The notes under the pieces: generated by a model
Seen by the model: the letters and a program-made list of their open reading frames with translations, nothing else
Database searches by the model: none
Told to the model about the DNA's origin: nothing
NCBI GenBank assembly: GCA_044345055.1
Contig: JBIJBT010000048.1
Coordinates: 1-21,528, forward strand
DNA: 21,528 nt
Origin: Bdellovibrionota bacterium
GTDB taxonomy: Bacteria > Bdellovibrionota_C > UBA2361 > OMIW01
Reading direction: 5' to 3'
Part shown: piece after piece, positions 16,042 to 21,528 of the stretch
Numbering within the stretch: position 1 is the first letter of the stretch
Layout of the letters: each line of letters opens with the position of its first letter
Program-made: the position numbers and the translations under genes

Positions 16042-16341
16042 ATGGCTATTCAAGTAGAAGGCTTCAATTGGGATGAGGGTAACACCGCAAAGTGCCAGAA
16101 GCACGGCTTGTCCATCGCAGAAATTGAGGCGTTCTTCCAAGTAGGTATTTACGTTGGACCTGACATCAAGCATTCGATTGGAGAACAAAGATTCCTAGCC
16201 GTGGGCCGGTCACCCTCGGGCAGGCCGATGTTTGTGGCTTTCACTGTGAGAAATGGTCTCATTCGTCCCATTTCAGCAAGATACATGCGCGACAAGGAGG
16301 CAAAGAAATATGAAGAAACTGCCAAAGATGACAACCGATAG
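16042..16341 (+). CDS. brnT: BrnT family toxin (DUF497)
   Basis: FNWDEGN..KCQKHG, EQRFLAVG, IRPISARYM. Confidence 0.92.
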   Translation: MAIQVEGFNWDEGNTAKCQKHGLSIAEIEAFFQVGIYVGPDIKHSIGEQRFLAVGRSPSGRPMFVAFTVRNGLIRPISARYMRDKEAKKYEETAKDDNR

Positions 16342-16573
16342 AGAGGCAGAGGATCTCCTTGAGGAGGATCTCTCGGAGTTATTAACATCCCAAACTTTCA
16401 GGGCAAATTTCTCTCCTGTATCTTTCGAGTTTGCCCCCAAAGACACAATGGTCAGCATACGCCTTTCCAAAGAGCTCCTAGACGCCATCAAGTTGGCCTC
16501 TAACAAGAGGGGAATTGGTTACCAGAAGTTCATTCGTGAGTCTATAGAACGAGCTCTTCAGGAACTTCGCTAA
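16310..16573 (+). CDS. brnA: BrnA/CopG-type antitoxin
   Basis: MKKLPK start with AGGAGG; VSIRLSKELLDAIK..S.KRGIGYQKFIRE RHH motif; overlaps the toxin. Confidence 0.88.
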   Translation: MKKLPKMTTDREAEDLLEEDLSELLTSQTFRANFSPVSFEFAPKDTMVSIRLSKELLDAIKLASNKRGIGYQKFIRESIERALQELR

Positions 16574-16620
16574 AAAAACAAAACAACATAAAACCCAACA
16601 ATATCAGGCTCTTGCACATC

Positions 16621-16654
16621 CTAATATCCGATAACATTTACTTATCGGACGTTA
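16621..16654. other. Putative site-specific recombination (resolution) site, copy 2
   Basis: CTAATATCCGATAA-catttac-TTATCGGACGTTAG; same arms and 7-bp spacer length as 13001-13027. Confidence 0.6.
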
Positions 16655-16999
16655 GAAATCTTAACCTGTAATACACTATATCCAAGAAACACCCGACAGC
16701 TCCTATAAACCCTTTGTTCCACGAAATTTATTCTCGTTCATCAACCCTATTTACACCTCTCTAATTAAGCGACCCCCTGTATTATCAAGTAGATAAACAC
16801 CCTGGGAATTTACTCACCCTCATCTCTCTCCGATGTTCCACAGCCACCACTTTCTGCTACCCTAACCTGGGCAATATGCGCAAAATAATTGTGCAAAAAG
16901 TGCGCAAATTATCGATGCAATTTACAGCAATTTACACGTACCACAGAGCACCTTTTGCCCTCAAAGGCCCAACTACTTCTCCAACAAGTAATTTCCGTG

Positions 17000-17026
17000 A
17001 CCTCTATACCGATGAGTAATAGAGAT
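17000..17026 (-). repeat. 27-bp palindromic repeat family A, copy 9 (inverted)
   Basis: Minus strand ATCTCTATTA-CTCATCG-GTATAGAGGT, flanked by TG/CA that extend the stem. Confidence 0.75.
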
Positions 17027-17087
17027 CAAGCTATCAACAGAAAGGACGAAATACTCAAAAAGAGCGCTCATCAACGTCAGCGGTTTC

Positions 17088-17606
17088 TTAGCTCCTTGGT
17101 CGGCCCGCCGCCTTAATTGCCTCGAACAGGTATACCGCTAGTCGTTGCTCATAAAGGGCTTGCCCCAAGTGATCGCTCTTGGCGGGATATCGCATTCTTC
17201 TGATCTCTGGGCTCCGCTTTTGGAGTTCTTCGAAGGCATGATCAAACAACATGAACGCTGCTCGAGCAAAGTGCGAGAGCTGGCTGTGCTCTCCCGTTAG
17301 GTCCTGAGACATTAAATGCCACTTCCTTCGCTCATTATCAGTGCACCGAAAGCGAAAAGAGGTCTGCTTGAGCTCTCTTCCCGCATAGACTTCGGATGTC
17401 TCCTCTTCTTCTGCCGATAGTGATGAAGAATATTGCTTCGGCGTCTCCTCTGCGTCTTTTCTTCGCTCGACTATCACCAATTCCGGCGCATCAGCATTCT
17501 TTTGCTCAGGCTCGCCAGCTACGGGGACTTGCTGCGTAATCGCCTTTTTGAGTGCCTCACCAACGGGGTTGTAGCCCTCCGGCAAAATCGGGGCGCGCTT
17601 AGCCAT
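17088..17606 (-). CDS. ParA partner, probable centromere-binding protein (not ParB/Spo0J-like)
   Basis: Overlaps the parA stop by 8 nt; disordered N-terminal half followed by TSFRFRCT strand plus helices. Confidence 0.7.
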   Translation of the reverse strand: MAKRAPILPEGYNPVGEALKKAITQQVPVAGEPEQKNADAPELVIVERRKDAEETPKQYSSSLSAEEEETSEVYAGRELKQTSFRFRCTDNERRKWHLMSQDLTGEHSQLSHFARAAFMLFDHAFEELQKRSPEIRRMRYPAKSDHLGQALYEQRLAVYLFEAIKAAGRPRS

Positions 17607-18474
17607 TTATTGTCTCCGGGAAAGGATGAGTGGACCCTTCAGAAAAGAATATACTCTGAATTTTCTCCTCAAAACTCGATGCCAAATCACGGAAAGCGTT
17701 AGTTATGGGATGGGCTGGCTCGACTTCAAAAACGGTCTTTGCTTGCGTCTGAGCCGTTGGAATAATCGTCGATCGTGGTATGGGGGGAACAAGATGATGA
17801 TCTTTGAAAGTTCCGGACACATAGGCCACAAGCTCTCTACTCAGACGGGTTCTTCCCTCCACCGCTCCGACTGCTATTCCCACTAAAAAGAGAGGTGGGG
17901 TTCGATATTTGTTAACCTCGGCTATATCCGATAAAGCCTCATTCAATCCCTGAATAGCTAGCCCCTCGGGAATGGCTACCAGAAGAAAACCATCTGCCGC
18001 TTTGTACGCTGCGATGATCGGAAGAGGAGCACTCGGAGGGGTATCGAGCAGCACGTAATCGTAATATCCTCGAACACGATTGATCACCGGCTTGAGACAA
18101 TCGTGAAGAGGAACGTCATCAAATTTCGATTTTTTTTGTCTTAGCCTCTCCTCGAGTGACTCTAGTTTTCGCCCACCTGCGATAAGGTGAAGATTATCAG
18201 GCAACGTGTTTTCCTCGTCGTCATTCGTAAGAACCACATCCAATGGGTCCTCATCTCCGACCAATATCTCGAACGTGCCAAGGAACGCTTCCGGCTTCAC
18301 TCCGAAGTGCTTGGTTGCTCCGGCATTAACATCAAGATCCACTATCAATACTCGCCGACCTCGCTCGGCAAGCGCACAGGCGATTTGCACAGTCATGGTA
18401 GTCTTTCCTACCCCGCCTTTTTGATTCCCCACACCGACGACGATTGTCTTTAATCCCGGATTTTCCTTTGCCAT
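17599..18474 (-). CDS. parA: ParA/Soj family Walker-type partition ATPase
   Basis: NQKGGVGKTT, LIVDLD, YDYVLLDTPPS; ATG at 18474 with a GGAGGAG RBS; no N-terminal HTH (type Ib-like). Confidence 0.93.
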   Translation of the reverse strand: MAKENPGLKTIVVGVGNQKGGVGKTTMTVQIACALAERGRRVLIVDLDVNAGATKHFGVKPEAFLGTFEILVGDEDPLDVVLTNDDEENTLPDNLHLIAGGRKLESLEERLRQKKSKFDDVPLHDCLKPVINRVRGYYDYVLLDTPPSAPLPIIAAYKAADGFLLVAIPEGLAIQGLNEALSDIAEVNKYRTPPLFLVGIAVGAVEGRTRLSRELVAYVSGTFKDHHLVPPIPRSTIIPTAQTQAKTVFEVEPAHPITNAFRDLASSFEEKIQSIFFSEGSTHPFPETING

Positions 18475-18524
18475 GCTCCTCCCCCTATGCTCGTCATTCA
18501 CTTAGATGACCACCATCAACAACT

Positions 18525-19015
18525 ATGTAGCTACATTACTACAACAACTCAAAGGCATGGAGCAAGCACCATTCTATCGCGGAATACTCTTTGTAGCTAC
18601 GTGATTATATAGCTCTAACTAAATCGCTAACTACTTAATATGTCCTAATAACTCTTGCTCAAACAACCTTAAGCCTACACCAAAATGTGGCTATGTAGCT
18701 ACACCACTACATACCTACTACCACCAAATTGCCCCGCTAATCACCCCGATATTCTTGGCGCCCCACCATAAGACCAACGACCCATTTCTTCAACGAATCC
18801 CGTAGCGTTGTAGGCATGTAGCTACGTAGATATATGGCTATATGCCTACAACGCTACGCTGCTATATATTTATGTAGCTACACGGGAACCGTCACTCACT
18901 CTACCCTTAAAAAACCTTACCATCCTATCTCTCTACAAGCCGATCCATTCCATAGGTCGTAGACCCCAACTTTTCTATATGGCTACAGCGCTATGTAGCT
19001 ATATAGTTATGTAGG
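18525..19015. repeat. Arrays of 8-bp TRTAGCTA-like repeats upstream of parA (putative centromere/operator)
   Basis: GTAGCTA(C) motif near 18527, 18593, 18695, 18818, 18874, 18995; ten phased octamers at 18801-18880; further phased runs at 18685-18716 and 18976-19015. Confidence 0.8.
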
Positions 19016-19402
19016 ACTTACATCGCCTAACTATTCGCCCGTGGCCCCCAACGGCCTAGCCATAATAAATAGAAGATAAAAGGAACGGCCTTGATAACAG
19101 TAGTGAGGGAACCCGCATGGGCTGGGACTTTCGAGTATGGACCGTACGGGAAGCAGAGCCCGTCATCAAGACGGATTGCAGCGGGAATCGGTATCCAGAG
19201 AGATAGGGTAAAATTGAACGCAGCTTTGATCAGCACCGGACCCGCGACGCACGAATCCGCTAAGTATCAATCACGGAAGTTTTGCTAAATATTTCCAGTG
19301 GTTCTATAAGCTCAAATATCACCGCCAGAGGCATAATTGAGCAGCCGGGTACATAATCAATGTTTGTCCTTATTTCGAGCTTGCAACCCTGTGCGAGCCT
19401 CT

Positions 19403-19675
19403 CTAATTCCGCTTATCCACAAGCCGCCCCGTGACGTACTTGTGTACGATACTCGAGATGAGTGTTTGATATGGAATTCCTTCCTCGACGGCTATCGACT
19501 GAATTGCCATCAAATCACCAGAAGACAACCTCAAGGTGATCCGCTTGTCTTTGAGAAGAGTAGCGCGAGCGTATTCCTTTAGATCGATACGACGGTGTGG
19601 ATCACCAACAGATTGCCATTCGCCATCGTCAAAAGACTTAAGAATCTCATCTTCATCGTGCTTGTCTCGGCTCAT
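19403..19675 (-). CDS. CopG/BrnA-like antitoxin
   Basis: EILKSFDDGEW...KDKRITLRLSSGDL..IQ..AVEEGIPYQTLISSIVHKYVTG; ATG at 19675 with a GAGGTGG RBS. Confidence 0.9.
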   Translation of the reverse strand: MSRDKHDEDEILKSFDDGEWQSVGDPHRRIDLKEYARATLLKDKRITLRLSSGDLMAIQSIAVEEGIPYQTLISSIVHKYVTGRLVDKRN

Positions 19676-19676
19676 A

Positions 19677-19835
19677 TTAACCACCTCTATCAATATACTG
19701 CTTAGTTGCTTTCCGTGACGGGATTATCGTCTTAAGAAACAACTCTTCATCGTTCTCTCTGCAGGGAACGAGGTAGACGTAATTAACGATTCTAACCACC
19801 ATGATCCGTTGGTTTTTATACCTCTCACTGTTAGG
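19677..19835 (-). pseudogene. 3' remnant of a BrnT-like toxin truncated by IS1634
   Basis: Hand translation PNSERYKNQRIMVVRIVNYVYLVPCRENDEELFLKTIIPSRKATKQYIDRGG*; the frame begins at the IS end. Not in the ORF track. Confidence 0.85.
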
Positions 19836-21528
19836 CCGAAGTTCCCCGCCCCAAGCAACATAACCCCCTAAAATCCGACACTAAATCCATATCCAAGTAG
19901 CGTTCTACTGTCTACAAAGTGACATTCAATAGCTGAAAAGCTTTGAGTTGAAGTTCGGTTGGGAGAGTAGTCTTTTTAAATGATGGTGCCCCGGTAAAGG
20001 AGGGCTGGATTGTCGATTGAACGATTGAAGAAAGATTGTTGATGAGGGACGAGAAGCTCATGACGGGAAGTGATTCGTCATTGATTTTACGTGCAGCTTT
20101 TTTCCGAGCTGCGTATGAGCGAGTAGCGGGACTTACAACGGAATCGCGCTTTGTGCCGTCACCGTGCTTGTTATGGTCTTCGAAAAGAAGAGGAGCGAGG
20201 GCTTGTCGCATGTGCCACTCGATATAATAGGTGAGCATGCAAAGAAAAACGTGTGCTCGGACTCGCTTCTCAACTCGATGATGAATAGGGCGAATAGCAA
20301 GATCTACCGATTTCAAGCAGCGAAAAGCGCGTTCAACCTTTGCAAGATTTTTGTACGTTTCTACCGCCTCTTTTGGGGTCATCCGCTCCTTACTTACGCT
20401 TGTGCGGATTATGTATATGCCATCGAGTGTCTGCTCTGCGACGATATTTGCCTGATTGCGCGAAAATAAAAATGCGTCCTCTGAAATATCAATTACAAAG
20501 TGCTTCTCCATTTTGTATTTACCGATAACCTTCCCAACACGAAGTGCTATCCGGTCTTTGCCACGGAGAGGATACTTTGTTCTTTGCGTTGCTTTGCTAA
20601 TGGCTGTGAGGAGCCTCTCAGTCGATTGAAGGAGCTCCTCTCGCTTTCTGGCTCTTTCCTCCTTCAGCAGCAGATTTCGACAAACTATCAGCCGTTCGTT
20701 CGGATAATCTGGGTGTTCGATTTCACCCATATCGGTCACATCAAAAAATGATTGCTGAACCCGCTCGTTGATGAGAGCCGAGATGTCAGTTGAGCGTAGG
20801 CACGTGACCCAATCGACTCCGTGGTTACAGTGAAGATCCTCACGGATTCGGGCACTAGTAATCATCCCGCGGTCGCCCACCCATGTTATTTGTTGTATGT
20901 CGTATGCATCTTTTAGCTGCTTTACCTGGGCTGAAAACGTACTCGGATCGCTGACATTTCCCTCAAATACCTCTATTACAACCGGACACCCTGCCTTATT
21001 ACAGAGGAGTCCATACACGATTTGCGGCTTGTCGGGACGGCTATCTCGCGAATACCCACGCTGAGCTAATTTACAGTTCCTTCCCTCGAAGTAGGAGGAG
21101 CTCACGTCATAAAAAACTAGAGTATCACCGCCGAGATGTTTTGCTACAAGTCGCTTTTGAATTGCTAGTTGTCGTTCTCCTAACCAATCAAGTGCACCAT
21201 ACAGATCATCTTCTGTCACCTTCCCCAGAGCCAATTGGTCATTTATGGTATTCGACGCAGTCTCACTACTTAGAACTCGAGAGGTTGCAAGCTTCGATGA
21301 TGGCGAAATGATGCGCGACGTTATCATGGCTATTACGAGATCTTTTTCTCGACATCGCCGAGCAGAAATCATTCCATCGAGCCCCGTGCGATCAATCGTT
21401 CCAACGATCGCCGCCACATGCCCATGAGCCCTGCTGGCAACAACCTGAAAGGCATCTTCAAGCTCCCCCGATTGAAGCGGACCTTCGTTGCGAAGAGTAA
21501 GCCGAATCGCCTCTATCACCGAAGGTGG
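19832..21528 (-). mobile_element. IS1634 family insertion sequence (runs off the window)
   Basis: Transposase plus terminal sequence GGGGAACTTCGGCCTA (minus strand) at the point where toxin homology starts; exact end uncertain by a few bases. Confidence 0.85.
19912..21528 (-). CDS. IS1634 family transposase (5' end outside the window)
   Basis: VFYDVSSSYFEG, GYSRD, WVGDRGM, YKNLAKVERAFRCLKS..LAIRPIHH...RVRAHVFLCML. Confidence 0.93.
   Translation of the reverse strand, partial: PPSVIEAIRLTLRNEGPLQSGELEDAFQVVASRAHGHVAAIVGTIDRTGLDGMISARRCREKDLVIAMITSRIISPSSKLATSRVLSSETASNTINDQLALGKVTEDDLYGALDWLGERQLAIQKRLVAKHLGGDTLVFYDVSSSYFEGRNCKLAQRGYSRDSRPDKPQIVYGLLCNKAGCPVVIEVFEGNVSDPSTFSAQVKQLKDAYDIQQITWVGDRGMITSARIREDLHCNHGVDWVTCLRSTDISALINERVQQSFFDVTDMGEIEHPDYPNERLIVCRNLLLKEERARKREELLQSTERLLTAISKATQRTKYPLRGKDRIALRVGKVIGKYKMEKHFVIDISEDAFLFSRNQANIVAEQTLDGIYIIRTSVSKERMTPKEAVETYKNLAKVERAFRCLKSVDLAIRPIHHRVEKRVRAHVFLCMLTYYIEWHMRQALAPLLFEDHNKHGDGTKRDSVVSPATRSYAARKKAARKINDESLPVMSFSSLINNLSSIVQSTIQPSFTGAPSFKKTTLPTELQLKAFQLLNVTL

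Larger units (their letters stand above)
13305..16926 (+). mobile_element. TniA/TniB-type (Tn552/Tn5053-like) transposon carrying a BrnT/BrnA module
   Basis: 54-bp terminal IRs beginning TGTAA (13305-13358) and ending TTACA (16873-16926), with repeated ATTTTGCGCA binding motifs; Mu-like DDE transposase plus AAA ATPase; no target duplication seen. Confidence 0.88.

Noticed and set aside
13305..16926. CRISPR-associated or Tn7-like targeted transposon
   Set aside because: No TniQ/TnsD, TnsA, Cas gene or CRISPR array lies between the IRs.
83..17026. Repeat A as a CRISPR array or integron attC sites
   Set aside because: Copies are mostly separated by hundreds to thousands of bases, occur in both orientations, and lack RYYYAAC/GTTRRRY cores; no cas or intI gene is in the window.
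19024..19060. GCCTAAC / CCCCAAC motifs resembling attC inverse cores
   Set aside because: No matching GTTRRRY core or pairing arms at a suitable distance.
19325..19335. CCAGAGGCATA partial match to repeat A
   Set aside because: The arms are not complementary and the TAGAGG motif is missing.
21514..21524. TATCACCGAAG shared by the window start and end
   Set aside because: An 11-bp match inside the IS1634 coding sequence; flanks differ, so it is not evidence of circularity.

Overview
An accessory, plasmid- or island-like region with no core housekeeping genes. It contains a Fic protein, a DUF2283 antitoxin behind a truncated toxin, an HTH plus nucleotidyltransferase pair (AbiE-like), two large hypothetical proteins, and three small enzymes (SAM methyltransferase, GNAT, ATP-grasp). 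It also has a ParA plus small-partner partition locus with octamer arrays upstream. Three DDE elements are present: an rve-type IS at about 4952-6425, a TniA/TniB-type transposon at 13305-16926 carrying a BrnT/BrnA pair, and an IS1634 that truncates a second BrnT-like toxin. The most unusual signal is non-coding: nine copies of a 27-bp imperfect palindrome (consensus ACCTCYHTNN-CTCAGAG-GYRTAGAGGT). These sit at gene-module boundaries in both orientations and often have tandemly duplicated arms. One copy lies exactly at the junction of two unrelated 5'-truncated genes. This looks like a recombination-site-delimited cassette array, but no cognate recombinase is visible in the window. All family assignments come from motif recognition by eye, not database searches.
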